A stretch of 64,000 nt of DNA, from positions 102,176,001 to 102,240,000 of the forward strand of contig OX597819.1 of NCBI GenBank assembly GCA_951406725.2, read 5' to 3'. The translations under genes were made by a program, and so were the position numbers. Shown one piece after another: positions 14,112 through 28,117 of the stretch; position 1 is the first letter of the stretch; each line of letters starts with the position of its first letter. The notes under the pieces were generated by a model, which was not told where the DNA came from, made no database searches, and saw only the letters and a list, made by a program, of their open reading frames with translations. This DNA comes from Octopus vulgaris (taxonomy: Eukaryota).

Positions 14112-14268
14112 AAGGCTAACTGGTTTTTATCAATTCAATTGTTATCTAAAACCATAAATATAGACTAGATGCGTTAAATTCAGCTTGAGTTGATTCGATC
14201 AAGTTTGCAGTCTGGTTAAAAACAAACTGGTAGCTTTGTGAAAATGTACGCTAGATTAACTTATGTAT

Positions 14269-14314
<46 letters not shown>

Positions 14315-16843
14315 TTCGTGTTATGCTTAGATGTAGTGCATGATATCAGAATTTTCGACTCGAGTCGAATAGAATAAATAACTCTAAATCCATGTTACTT
14401 TAATTTATATATGATTTAACCCCAAAATTCGCCCTGACCGTGCAGATGAATGATGAAAGCCGTTCCAGACATGATCAGCCCATCTTATTTTAAGACGTAG
14501 TCTATTTCACTAGATCTCATTGAAGCTAAAATTGGATTGCGTGGTAGAAGAAAGTGACCACAAACGATGACAGTGTACTATATATAATGAAAGGGGTACA
14601 TGGCACTATGTTAAACTGATTCAAACACCAGTGTTAGAATAAGACCAACTGCACGAGCCCTACGAAAAATATTTTGAAATATTTGCGGCCAGGGGTGTGT
14701 TACAGAACCTTCTGGTTACAAAGTAGAAAAAAGGAAAAACATCGTTGAAGATTTTTCATTATATTTGAAGTAAAGAACCCTTAGCTGTTATTAAGTCGTA
14801 CGTGGACACGAGTGACGGCCAAGTAGAATATCTTACAGGATATTTTTCATGCAGAACCTGTACGTGATTGGCTGGCTATGTACAGGTCCCCTCATTGACC
14901 GTAAATGTTAGTTGAATGGAGTTGAAGGGTGAATAAAAGAAGTCACGGATTAGTTTCAAGATATACTGATGTGCTCACTGCAAAGTCAAATGTTTCACGA
15001 GGAAATTATTATATGTCAGTTGGGTATTGCTCCTTCCTCCAGACCTTGCTCATAAAACAACTACAATTAGTACAATGGCCATGAAGGCTTTTCTAAGTCG
15101 TGGGGACATTTAATGTGTCTTAGGCATTCTTAGTCCGGCGGAATCCAAAACTTTGTAGAGCTGATCGCAGTCAAATTCTTCAAGATACATACACAGATAG
15201 AAAGGGAGGGAGGGGAGCAAAGGTGTGAGAACGTGTGTGTATGCGTGTGTGAGAGTGAGTGATTGAGTGGGGTGGGGGTGAAAGAGAAAGAGAGAGTGAG
15301 GATAGAAGAGAATCGACCAGTACAGGACTATTTATCGATTCGAAAGAATGAGCGTCAACGTTGACCTTGATGGGATTTGAACTCTGAAAAGAGTCATAAC
15401 GAATACAGCAAGGTAATTTAACCCCCACGCTTTCACGACTTGGTCAGTTTAAACCTTGAGTCAATCATTTGACAACACTAACCTTTGCACCAACATTATT
15501 GCTCATAACTCCTTTGTTAACTGTTGATCATTCCTGGACAGATTTAATCCAGTTTGGATTATCTCATGCCGCTGGATCTGGATCAGGAGTAATTTATGAG
15601 AATACGAGATTAAATAGTGTTAAACAAATAGAAAGAAAAGAAACAAATGCATGTCAGAATAACCTGTCGAATGTCGGTCTTATCTCTCGTTTGATGGTTC
15701 CAGCCGGAGCAAAGTGGACATACGTGTTACCTATCTGAATACCATCACATTCCTCTTAACCTATCATCATTAATTAGTGATTAATTAGCATCAACATCAT
15801 AACCACCACCATCGCTAACATAATCATCATCATCATCATCATCATCATCGTAATTAACAACAATAACAACAATGATGACGAAAGCAACGGCGGTAAATTA
15901 ATACATTGACGTATACTAGGCAACATGAATAATAATAATAAAAAAAAACTTTAAAAAAATAATAATAAAATAGTTGTTTTGTGGAGGAGGAAGATAGAGG
16001 GGAAGAAAAGAAAGAAAACCGCGAGAAAAATATACAAAGAAAATAAATAAAACAAGATTTAAAACTCACAAACCAACTAATTAAGTCAGTGAGTAATTAA
16101 CTGACTAACTAATGGAACGTGTAATTAAGTAATGACGTATAGTGAAACACGGTAGAAGCTACATATACATACACATTGGTAAGAACACGTGAAGACATGT
16201 CTGAATTAGTGTGGTAGGTATAATAACAGTCATTTATATAGGTACAAGGTGGCTGCTGTACAGGTGGGTGGTGGGTAAAATTGTGATTCTGTAACCTTCA
16301 TGCCTTTCTCAAAGCCCTTAATGCCCTTTATGACCCAAATCTTTCATAGAGGCCACCACAAATAGCAATTATTTTTTTACAATGTAGTGTCCACACACGT
16401 TGGTCTACGCACAATAAAAGAATCCTTTAGGGAGAGGGTAATAAAGAACCTATGAAGTAAGACGTTTCCAGATTTCAGTAATCGAAATGAAATAAATTGA
16501 AATATATATATAAATAGATCGATATCAGCTGGTGATTAGATTTCTTGATACTCAATATATGTATGTCAAGTAAGAAATAGTTTTCACTGCTATATCAATC
16601 CCCAGTTACAATTTTAATTATTAAGAGAATAAGTAAAATTCAACGACTGAGACTGGACAAGGGCCAGGATCTTCGTTTGCAGGAACGGTTAGAGATGATA
16701 CGGGACCCATTGCATGTTGTACCAAACACCGTTTTTCAGCGAGTTAGAACTTAATATCTATGACTAGTTAGGGAGAAATGTAATTAATTCATACATACAT
16801 ATATAACTGTATAATAACATATTCGAGTTTGCTTACAAATATT

Positions 16844-17056
16844 CTTTTCTACTCTACGCACAAGGACCGAATTTTGGGGAAGGTGGCCAGTCGATTAGAT
16901 CAACTCCAGTACGCAACTGGTACTTAATTTATCGACCCCGAAAGGATGAAAGTCAAAGTCGATCTCGGCGGAGTTTGAACTGAGAACATAAAGACAGACG
17001 AAATACCGCTAAGCATTTCGCCCGACGTGCTACCGTTTCTGCCAGCTCGCCGCCTT
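16844..17056 (-). mobile_element. SINE family A, full length with 15 bp target-site duplication
   Basis: Family A body; ttgcttacaaatatt at 16829-16843 and 17060-17074. Confidence 0.92.
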
Positions 17057-17096
17057 GGGTTGCTTACAAATATTGTATGTAGTTATACATACATAT

Positions 17097-17335
17097 ACTC
17101 TTTAACTCTTTCATTTGTTTTAGTCATTTGACAGCGGCCATGCTGGAACCACCACCTTCAGTCGGATAAATCGACCCCAGGACTTGCTTCTTCCAATTTC
17201 CGTCTAACAAAATCCACTCACAAAGCCTTGGTCGACGCGAGGCTTTGGTTGAAGGCACTTGCCCAAGTTGCCACACATTGGAACTAAAATCAACACCATG
17301 TGGTTGGGAAGTAGGCTTCTTTCGACACAGCTTAT
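17097..17335 (-). mobile_element. SINE family B with internal deletion
   Basis: Tail agtcatttgacagcggccatgctgga joined to ttccgtctaacaaaatccactcacaaagcc...cacttgcccaag...ccatgtggttgggaag; the internal microsatellite region is absent. Confidence 0.85.
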
Positions 17336-17394
17336 ACAAATATGATATATGTAGTTATAATTAAAGCAATATACATATATATGTATATATGGTC

Positions 17395-17457
17395 AGATAA
17401 CCGAAGAGATGGTGGTGTGGATTTCCACCTCGGCATCCGAAACTCAGAGTTTTATCT
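17395..17457 (+). ncRNA. Minimal type I hammerhead-like motif (core CCGAAGA)
   Basis: AGAUAA-CCGAAGA-GAUG..GUGG/CCAC..CAUC-C-GAAA-CUCAGAG-U-U-UUAUCU: perfect 6 bp stem I and near-palindromic stem III. Confidence 0.6.
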
Positions 17458-18435
17458 TTGCTACCGAATAATTGTCACATTATTTTATAAATATATATAT
17501 ATGTGTATATATTATTATAATTTGGTTACTAAGTTTAGTGAGAGACGATGTGTAATCCCTTCTCCAAAGGGAGACAAATCTTTGAGAAATACATTATGAC
17601 AAAGTACCAAACAAAATTCATACGATTTTTCAAATTTCAAGTAGAATATATACATTTACTAATTGTTGCTTTATGCGTGGAGAAAATTTTCTCACTGGTG
17701 TATATCGTTTCAATAGTGCAGATCCTAGCACTGTGGGATTCTTCGATTGACATCAGTATGGAGATCGTCCTGTATCAGGAACACTGCATCACCTTCTTTG
17801 CATTTGTATGCCATCATATATATATAAGTATATATATAATGTTTTCTTTACTTCATTCGGTATTCTGGGTAAATCGCCATGATTTTGTGTGCTTTTGTAA
17901 TAATCGCTACAAATTTCACACTGGGGGCAAATGAAAGAAATAATCATCATCATCACCACCACCATCATCATTATCATCATTTACATGATATATTTGAGAG
18001 TTGATGATAAAACAAAGCAGTTGTCTATCCAGGATAAAAACACAAAGACAAACTTATCTAGTTATATACAGCAAACTCCGAGTATAAACAATCTAATATC
18101 TTAATATAAAGTATTCCCTTCGTTTATTTTTTCGTGTGCAAGGTTATCCATGTAATGCTACTCACACACACACACACACACACACATGTATGTGTATGTG
18201 TGTGCATATACATCGAGAGATAGAGATAGAGATACATATCTATCTATATACATACTTGCACCCGCAAATACACATACAAAGTGAGAGAGAGGGATACAGA
18301 GAGACCCATATGCATATATATCCATATATAAAAATAAATGCATGTATTTCTAAGTTCGTACTCACACATATATGCTTATGTACGTGTGTGTGTATGTGTG
18401 TGCAGCTGAATATATGTGATTGTGTGCATGTTTAT

Positions 18436-18498
<63 letters not shown>

Positions 18499-18602
18499 AA
18501 CTCACATTTACATATATGCTGTGATGTACATAACTACATACATTTTATCTGAGTCTATATATGAGTATGCATATACCTATATGCACACTCATATAAGTTG
18601 TA

Positions 18603-18642
<40 letters not shown>

Positions 18643-19027
18643 TGTATGAGGGTGTTCACGTCTTTTGGAGATAAAAAGTAATAACCTTAATAGAAAATTA
18701 GCTATATTGTAATCATATCTACAATGGCCGACACAAAACCGACCTTTTCACTTGAAGAAATGTTTGCCCAGCTGAGTTGCTTGAAAAACAGCTTTTGTAA
18801 AGCCTGAACCCCCCGCTTCTCACGCCCCTTCGGTCTTTCTTATTTTCTGCCTCTTCTACTCCTTCTCCACCCTATCTATATTGTTTCTCTTTCTTTTTTT
18901 CTATTTTCCTCCATTAAGATAGAGATTATATAGCCAAGACTATAAAAACATATCTACACCTCCGCATGTATGCTTGCATGGATATACACACAAACGTCTG
19001 TTTACATGCAAATAAAAATAAATGTGC

Positions 19028-19059
<32 letters not shown>

Positions 19060-19161
19060 AAATATATATATATACATATGCATACAAATATATGTGTACA
19101 AAAATATATACATATATATGTATATACGTATAAATTTATACATATACATACACTCACATAT

Positions 19162-19196
<35 letters not shown>

Positions 19197-19259
19197 CAAA
19201 TATACATACATATATATGTATATACGTATAAATTTATACATATACATACACTCACATAT

Positions 19260-19290
<31 letters not shown>

Positions 19291-19293
19291 CAA

Positions 19294-19336
<43 letters not shown>

Positions 19337-19339
19337 CAG

Positions 19340-19386
<47 letters not shown>

Positions 19387-19477
19387 TATACATATATATA
19401 CATACATACATACATACATACACACACATAAATACATACATACAAACCTAATGTATATGTATACCCATGTATATACG

Positions 19478-19511
<34 letters not shown>

Positions 19512-19529
19512 AATGTGAGTGTGTCTCTG

Positions 19530-19613
<84 letters not shown>

Positions 19614-19662
19614 GACACAAAGAAGCATGCATTTACACATACACATATAAGCAAAATCATAC

Positions 19663-19703
<41 letters not shown>

Positions 19704-19947
19704 TATAACCGCATGTATACATGTATATGAACGGCAATGTGTGTAGGCTGAGTGTAGCCTCTGAAGTAATTGCATGTGAGGGGTGTACGCGCGTGTGTGT
19801 GGCTTTGTGTACGTTGTGGGGAGGCGTGTATGCCTTTATATATTTTTGTATAAAAATCGAATCTCTATATTTTCTTTATTTTCCCTCCTCCCCTTCCACG
19901 TATCACTCCATTACAACCTCCAAGGTTCAGCTCACGTGTACTTGCCG

Positions 19948-19988
<41 letters not shown>

Positions 19989-20483
19989 GTAAGCGGTAGC
20001 AAAAAAACATTAGATATATAGGATAAAAAGGCATTTTGGAAACAAATTTATTCCTGTAGTTTCCCCAGCAGGGGTAAAACTATTATTGAATATACAAACT
20101 ACTCACACGCGCGCGCTTGTACAGGCACATACATACACACATGTATATTTACATGCATGTATATTATATGTTCATAGATGCATATATCTATTTATATCCA
20201 TATGCATTCTTGTATAAATACATATATATATACACCCACACACACACAGATATATATATATATATGTATATGTATATATATACATAAATATACATATATA
20301 TATATATATATACACACACAAAATATATGTATATATATGCGCACGCACACATATTTATATGCGGATGTGTATACGACACACACACACCAAAACTAATGAG
20401 GGGTGACGAGGGGCGAGTAAAAGGAGTCTACATTTCTATCTCATAACTTTTTGTTTACTTCTCATTATTTGATAAGTTTTGTA

Positions 20484-20535
<52 letters not shown>

Positions 20536-20912
20536 CACCTATATGAATGCATATATGCATATGTATATATATATATATTGATATGCATATATAAATATAT
20601 ATATGCTTATACGTATGTGTTCTGATGTTGTTTTTCTCTGTAAACGTATCTTGATTTATTTGATATCAATCTTTTCCACCATTTCTCCTTCCATTGTATA
20701 AAATCATAACTCAACCTTTTTAGTCACTCGTTTTATGTATCTCTCGATTTACCTTGATATCGATCCACGCATCCACACGACTGTGTGCATGTGTATGCAA
20801 ATATGTATGTATGTATGTATGTATGTATGTGTGTTTCTATCTACATGCTCGTGTATATATACATATACCCAAAAATATCAAGTGTCTGTGTATGTATCAA
20901 TGTATGCCCACA

Positions 20913-20998
<86 letters not shown>

Positions 20999-21207
20999 CA
21001 TCAATATCAGTGTTTCTTCTCTTTAATTATCTTTCCTGTACACAACAGACTTGGTAGGCATAAACATGAATGTAAAAGACAGAATATACAGACAGACTGT
21101 GGGAGGTAGAGAGACGTAGACAGAAGCTCAACTATATATTTATTTATATACTGACCGAGTGTGTTTAGATTGTATAGATATATACTCACACACATACAGG
21201 CACATAG

Positions 21208-21244
<37 letters not shown>

Positions 21245-21554
21245 TAAATAGTGAGGGATTATTAATCAGAGTAAAATACTTAAGTTCTCTGTTGGATCAC
21301 CAGGCAAAAAATATTACTTAGATTAGGGAAGAACTCCAGGTAATCCAGTAGTATGATCCAACGATATGGATCATCACAATTCTACTTTGTAAACCCGTGG
21401 ATGGGCTACTAAAACAACTGAAAACAGCTGAAAGCCAAATTTGCTCCAGTAAATGCAAAATATGTAATGGTCACTATTCTTAATTCGTTTCTTTTACACA
21501 CACACACATGCAGTGCTTGCTTTTTGAGCAAATTTACTCCCAAATTAACTCGCT

Positions 21555-21745
21555 AATGATCACGTGATCTGTAGTATATAAATGCGAAATATTGCAGCTA
21601 TGATTTCGTAGTCTTGGAAATGATGGTCTCTAGATATTTATCTAAGTGAAATAATTATGATTGGGAAGGTCATGGATGTAATGCATTCCATCATACATTT
21701 ACTATTTCCCTGTTGATCAGGGTCTTTACAAGAACAGCAACTCAA
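21555..21745 (+). mobile_element. Old repeat family F, degenerate
   Basis: gggaaggtcatggatgtaatgcattccatcata...ttgatcaggg...aacagcaac parallels the 3' end of the 61135-61355 and 58835-59030 copies. Confidence 0.5.
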
Positions 21746-22227
21746 CTATCTCTCGTGAAGGTAGGCATATTGGATTATCTGTAAATGCTTCCGCCAGATC
21801 AGATTCGCTGCAAGTGATTCGTTGTATTTGTAAACCACTCACATAATCCTACAAGTTCAATTTGCTGTTGGTGATAGAATATAAATGCTAGATCAAGTGT
21901 ATCAATCGATTTTGTCCATGCGGGCCAAAATAGCTAGATCTTGTGAGCCAGATGGGGGCCAGTTCTTCCTACGAAGTCTAATAATAATTTAGAAAATAAA
22001 GAATATGAAGTGTTTGTGGTGTTAGTATGTAAGGACGCGAGGGAAAAAATATCCACGTGATATGTATATATATACATTTATACAAACCTGCTAAGTCCAG
22101 AAACGGTTGTGTGTGCGTGCCAACGCACGAAATTCTCAGTACTTGAGTCACTCTGTTATTTCTGCTAAATACTAATAAACATATACATATACTGAGTTCA
22201 ATTTTCCTCTCTGTGTGTATACACACG

Positions 22228-22259
<32 letters not shown>

Positions 22260-22424
22260 CACATATATATATTTCATAAGGGAATAATTATTAATTTTCC
22301 CTTATGAGGTTTTGTACACCGCTGACTACTTGATAAATTCTTATAAAGATTTTATCCTATTTTTAAATTGTGTGTATATATATATATACATATATGTAAC
22401 TGAATGAACACGTATATTGATTTG

Positions 22425-22572
22425 AAAATTTCAGTACAAGGCCAGCGTTTCGGGTGAGCGAGTAAGTGGATTACATCGACCTCGGTAGAATTTGAACTCA
22501 GAATGTGAAGACGGACGAAATAACGCTAAGCAATTTGCCCAACGTACTAACGATGTTGCCAGCTCGCCGACT
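22425..22572 (-). mobile_element. SINE family A with internal deletion
   Basis: acatcgacctcggtagaatttgaactcagaatgtgaagacggacgaaataacgctaagc...gccagctcgcc. Confidence 0.85.
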
Positions 22573-23654
22573 TAAATAATTTTCCTTCGCTTTACCATAC
22601 AGTGGTTAAATAGTAAAACCATTGTATAGGTAAACACATAGAGAGCGGAAAGCAAAATACAGAAGGTGTGATAGATGGAAGGTAAAGAAGTCAAGGTATA
22701 CAAAACAGAAGTCAAAATAAATAATAAATAATAAAACCAATAGTGAACGGAACTGATTTACTAAATTTGAACCAATTTATAAACACTTCTGTACACATTA
22801 TACTTTTTTGTAAGTACTAGTAGAATGTGTTGGCGCATGATTTCTGCGTCCTGTCATAAAAGGAACAGTCTCAAACACTTTCTGATGAGATGTTTCCACC
22901 TAACTTTAACTCAACTAACATTTGCTATTTATCATTGAGATTAATTTTGTTTTGCCATGGCTCTTATTATCTTTCATTCTACAGTAGTTATTTATAAAAT
23001 ATATAGCAATTATACACACACACACACACACACACACACAAATACACACACATATACATACATACATAGATACATGGGAAATCATTCAATAATCTCCATT
23101 TACACTTCATATAAAGAATAAACTTTCGCTTGTTCAGTTTTGCGTAAGGGAGTATGTATGACTTAATACTTATAATTGTACTACTTATGTACATGTGTAT
23201 CTACACACGCGCGCGTGTGTGTGTGTGTGTGTTGTATTTGAGCGCGCGCGTGCGCATGTGTTTATGAAGTAACTGAGTAGGTACACACACATACACACAC
23301 ACAGTGAAAAGTCTTGCAACAGCTGTCTGCTAAATTTGCAGAGATATACACTCACATCTTTCCCCATCTCTCTCACTGTATGTAGGTGTGTGTGGGCATA
23401 TATATGTATATATATACATATATATATATACATATAAATATATATATATACATATATATATATGTATGTATATGTATATATATATGCACATATATACACG
23501 CATGTGTCCACCCATCTCCACATACTAAATTAGGCGTATATAAGAAACATTGTGATGACTATATGGGTAGATTTTTGCCAAATAGGATAATAGCAGTATT
23601 GTAGGCATCTTTCAATAGCCAGACCGGGTAGGAATACCCTTTCAAAATGCAAAA

Positions 23655-23655
23655 T

Positions 23656-23746
<91 letters not shown>
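23655..23746. repeat. Compound (CAG)n-(TAG)n microsatellite
   Basis: Direct reading. Confidence 0.95.
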
Positions 23747-23747
<1 letters not shown>

Positions 23748-24379
23748 GTGGCGGGTGTGTTGGTTCATACGTTTTACTCCTCTAATAATGTTATCTCGTA
23801 AGCTCCACTTTCACACCACATTCTCCAGCATTACCATCAGCATCACCAGCAGCATCGCTGCTAACTGCTTGTAGCACAATAAAGAACAACAACAATTAAA
23901 ACAAGAACAACAACAACAACAACAACAATAACAGCAACAACGCCAACGAAGACTGCGACTGCTGCAATTAAAGAACTAGACAATACTGCAGAAAACTGAC
24001 GGCAGTACCAACGAAACGTTTTCGTTATCGTTAACCAAGCATTGGAACAAAAGCCGTAACAACGGTGACATTAACAATAACAACCGCAACAATAATACTA
24101 ACAACAACAACAACAACAGTAACAATGATAACAGACGGTCATTTGTGGTTGTGAGGAAAAATACTTACATCGACAAAATGGCCGCTTTGATTTATAGAGG
24201 AAAGAGTTATTAGCCCGGAAGCTCAACAGTTACTTTTATCCAGTTGTTTTATGCAGGCTTATTCTTGTCACAGCTAAGGACATATCTCTTACGATATATT
24301 ATCTCACACCCATACACATATACGCACTCACATACACCCATACACACATAGGCATAGAAATCCGCCTGTCATTCACCTC

Positions 24380-24419
<40 letters not shown>

Positions 24420-24970
24420 CTACATACACACACACATATGCGCGCACGAACACATACACATATGCACACACGCTATGTTACTATTTATTTATACATCCAC
24501 TGGTGAAGATAAATAGATAAATAGAGTCAACTGTTTGACCTTTGCATGATCAGAGATAACCAACAAATGATGGCCAGATTGCTTTTGAAAGGGGACGTAA
24601 CTTATATGGTTCTTATTTTCTAGACCTCCGTTTTCATCGAAAGTAATGTCAACGGGATTTTCCAACGTTTTCACGATTCGGCTAACAAAGCAATATGTGT
24701 GCATGTGCGAATGTACTAGTACACATTTTTGTGCTCAAATGGTTATAATAACGCTTGGAGATGTAATGTTGAACTCATAAAACATATCAGAGCTACAGAT
24801 ACATCACAGAAGAACGTATATAAACTGCTGTTGGCACAACCTAATCGTTTAAAGATACCTAACGAATTTATTCGCAATTTCACACGCACACACACACACA
24901 CATATTCTCAAATGTATAGAGTGGTCTTTTACTTTTGCTGTGTCTATCAATCAACTAAAAGAACAAAGTC

Positions 24971-25022
<52 letters not shown>

Positions 25023-25832
25023 GAATATAAGAGTTATACGTGAACACTTTTAAGTTTCATGATCGGATTACGCAGTAAGCGAGCTAGCTTGCATGGCTGC
25101 GCCGTGCACGTTTCAGTGATCTTTCTGGCTCAAATGACATTAATACAACGTGAGGATATCCGGGAAAACAACGAAAAAATCGCAAGGAAAACTCAAGGGA
25201 AACGATAAGGCTGATGTGAAATTAAGGTTTAGTCACTTCAGTCTGCTAAATGTTGGCTAAAGTGTGTTAAACCGTATTATTAATCCGGGGAAGGTGCGGC
25301 GTTTAGTTCGATAACCCTAATGACAGATCTATGTATATAATACACACATATACATATACGTATAGAAACTTCTGGAGTGAATGATCGATTAATTGAGGAA
25401 GTAGAAATTATGGAAAGGACTCTAAATATAGAGTTTATTGTATTTGTTAAGATCAACAGTTTATATTTTACACATGAATACTTGTTTTGCTACCTCATCA
25501 GTAATATTTCTGATGAGCTGTCACATAGGGAAACGAGGCTACGATCAGTAAATATAGGGTATAATTTGTCTGTCTGCATGCTTCCCTATATATATGTGTG
25601 TATGTGTATGTATGTGCGAGTATATATACATATAAATATACATACACACACTCACTAGCATTCGCATACCCACATCGGTTTGCGCTAATGTGAATAGTTG
25701 CAGCAAAATACCCACACGTTACCCAGATATAAATATTCAAATATCACTTTAAAGCCAAGGAGCAACAAAAACAGTGCCGACACATGAAAATGTTAAGAAC
25801 AATGATTATGATGATCATCCTGCTCTTCCTCC

Positions 25833-25833
25833 T

Positions 25834-25875
<42 letters not shown>

Positions 25876-25973
25876 TTACTACTACTACTAATAATAATAA
25901 TAATGATGATGATGATGATGATGATGATGATAATAATAATAATAATAATGATAATAACAATAATAATAATAAT
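25833..25973. repeat. Compound (TAC)n-(AAT)n-(GAT)n-(AAT)n microsatellite
   Basis: Direct reading. Confidence 0.93.
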
Positions 25974-26059
25974 ACTTTCTATCATAAGCACAGGGTCAGA
26001 AATTCTGGGGGAGGGGAATAGTTGATTACATCGACCCCAGTGCTCTACTAGCAAGGCAA

Positions 26060-26410
26060 GGCTTGGCAATTGCTTGACCATTACTAGTTGAGCATGTCTC
26101 TTTGTGGCTGACTGTATGTGCACCTCTGATCACGTGAAGTAGTTGAGGGAGCATCATAGACATATGTTGAGAGGAATTCTTTAGGGCTTGAATAATTTGC
26201 CTCTGGAAACATGGTTGTTTCGTTTAATATCCGTAAATAAACCCTATTCAGGGACTTTTTAAGTAGGATGGGCTACTCGACCTGAAGAAAATTCTAATTA
26301 GGCCCCATCTGCAACGTCACCTGTTGATTACGTATATATGAGAATCCCATGTCACGCCGCACATGTTGTTGCAATGCATGGTGTACTCATATCAGACGAG
26401 TAGTCATTGT
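26060..26410. mobile_element. Probable interspersed-repeat fragment (unclassified)
   Basis: Higher-complexity block (gggagcatcatag...ctctggaaacatgg...gggctactcgacctgaagaaaattctaa) abutting a truncated family A tail at 25976-26045; resemblance to an octopus repeat is from memory only, and there is no second copy in the window. Confidence 0.35.
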
Positions 26411-26524
26411 ATGTATATTGGGGTTCGTATATGTGTACTCCGGTGTCACTGTGCTGGCATGCACTGCTCTCGCAATAATTATAATAGTATTATTACACTT
26501 TTATTCTTCTTCTTCTTCTTCTTC

Positions 26525-26570
<46 letters not shown>

Positions 26571-27850
26571 CATTATGGTTTTAAGTTGGTTGTATTGAGC
26601 ACAATGCTCAGGAAGTACTTATTTCAACGACAGCGAATGAATAAAAAGCAAAGTGAAATTGAAAGCAAAGTTGGATGAAACGCCGCAAACATGCTGTTCA
26701 GCGCAAACATTTTGTTCTGACTTTATCAATGGACCAGTCAAAAATAATAGCCAATATCATACAACACCCATCTTAAGGCAACGAATGAGATCTCGGAAAA
26801 TATAGCTTCAGCTACAGCACTATATCAAACACCATTGTAGGCCCACGGGTAAATGATTGAACCGCAGGAAGGTCCACAGTAAATATTTATTGAAATGCAT
26901 GACTTATAGGCAACTGCTATCGGAGCACCAAAAATATCTTCAGAGAATATGGGTTAGACATGAAATATATTGGAAGCAACAGGGATGGCCACTGAAGGGA
27001 AGTCTGTGAAATGACCTGGGACAACATAACATCAGCTATATCTACAACAACAACAACAAGAAGTTAAGTGTAGTCTTTTCATAACGACAGGTACAACAAA
27101 CACTGTATACCATACAGCTACTGATTAAAACTGATTCATCAAGCGATTGTGTTATTTTGTCTCTGTTATTGCTATTAAAACCGGCGTTGGAAGTACTTTT
27201 TGTCGGTTTATTACCGGTGGTGGAGCTGGTAAAGAGAGGGCAGCAAGGTATTGCACAAACGATTGTATGTATGTGTGTGTGTGCGTGTGTGTGTGTGTAT
27301 GTATATATATATACATGAGCATATATATGTGTATACAGACACATACACATACACGGATGTTAAACGATGATAATTATGATGATGATATATAATATTCATA
27401 CGTCTCACGATGGAGGTGTAAAGTGATGTATAGAGAGATAATAATTCATGCACAGAGGAGCGTATATACACGAGAGTTTCTAGACTATCCCCAAAAATGG
27501 GTGAAATGTTCCACTACCTACAACAGTAACTTCTTTTTATTCTGTTCATTGTGAAACATTTCTAGCAAGACATGTAGTGACATCTGTTCTAGGGCTTACT
27601 TTTGGCAGATACTCTCCCCACTTTGGAAGTGACACAGTTTATCGCCGTTACTATAACAATTAGTTTAGGATCGAAGGGAATACAATGCAAGGAGCATGAA
27701 GGCTGGAAGTGTAATAGCAGACAGCCGACAGGTGTATCAGATTGGGGGTAAATCGTATGGTGCATGTGGACATATGCGTGTATGTCTATGCGCACACACA
27801 GGTATACACACACACACTCTTTCTCTCTCTCTCTCTTTCACTCATACACT

Positions 27851-27904
<54 letters not shown>

Positions 27905-27906
27905 TA

Positions 27907-27968
27907 CCACACGAATATAAAGATTTTTTAGATTCTGTTTACACATATCTGTATACACACATGCAGAC

Positions 27969-28002
<34 letters not shown>

Positions 28003-28062
28003 ACACGACTATAAAGATTTTTTAGATTCTGTTCACACATATCTGTATACACACATGCAGAC

Positions 28063-28065
<3 letters not shown>
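27907..28065. repeat. Tandem duplication of a ~65 bp unit separated by (TA)n
   Basis: ccacacga.tataaagattttttagattctgtt.acacatatctgtatacacacatgcagacatt at 27907-27971 and 28001-28065. Confidence 0.92.

Positions 28066-28117
<52 letters not shown>

Noticed and set aside
15469-15738. 89 aa non-repetitive ORF
   Set aside because: Non-ATG start, no recognisable domain, and length within chance expectation
16518-16599. atatcagctggt resembling miR-216/283 in an imperfect hairpin
   Set aside because: Only about 12 nt match, and the hairpin geometry is too long and loose for a pre-miRNA
18646-18700. tatgagggtgttc (and tacgaggg at 2217) resembling mariner terminal repeats
   Set aside because: No matching opposite terminus or transposase remnant found
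23991-24024. CTGACGG...GAAACGTT hammerhead-like string
   Set aside because: No stem II pairing, and it lies in a degenerate (CAA)n region
27907-28065. Repeat-spacer appearance suggestive of CRISPR
   Set aside because: Eukaryotic context, only two units, the spacers are (TA)n, and no cas genes
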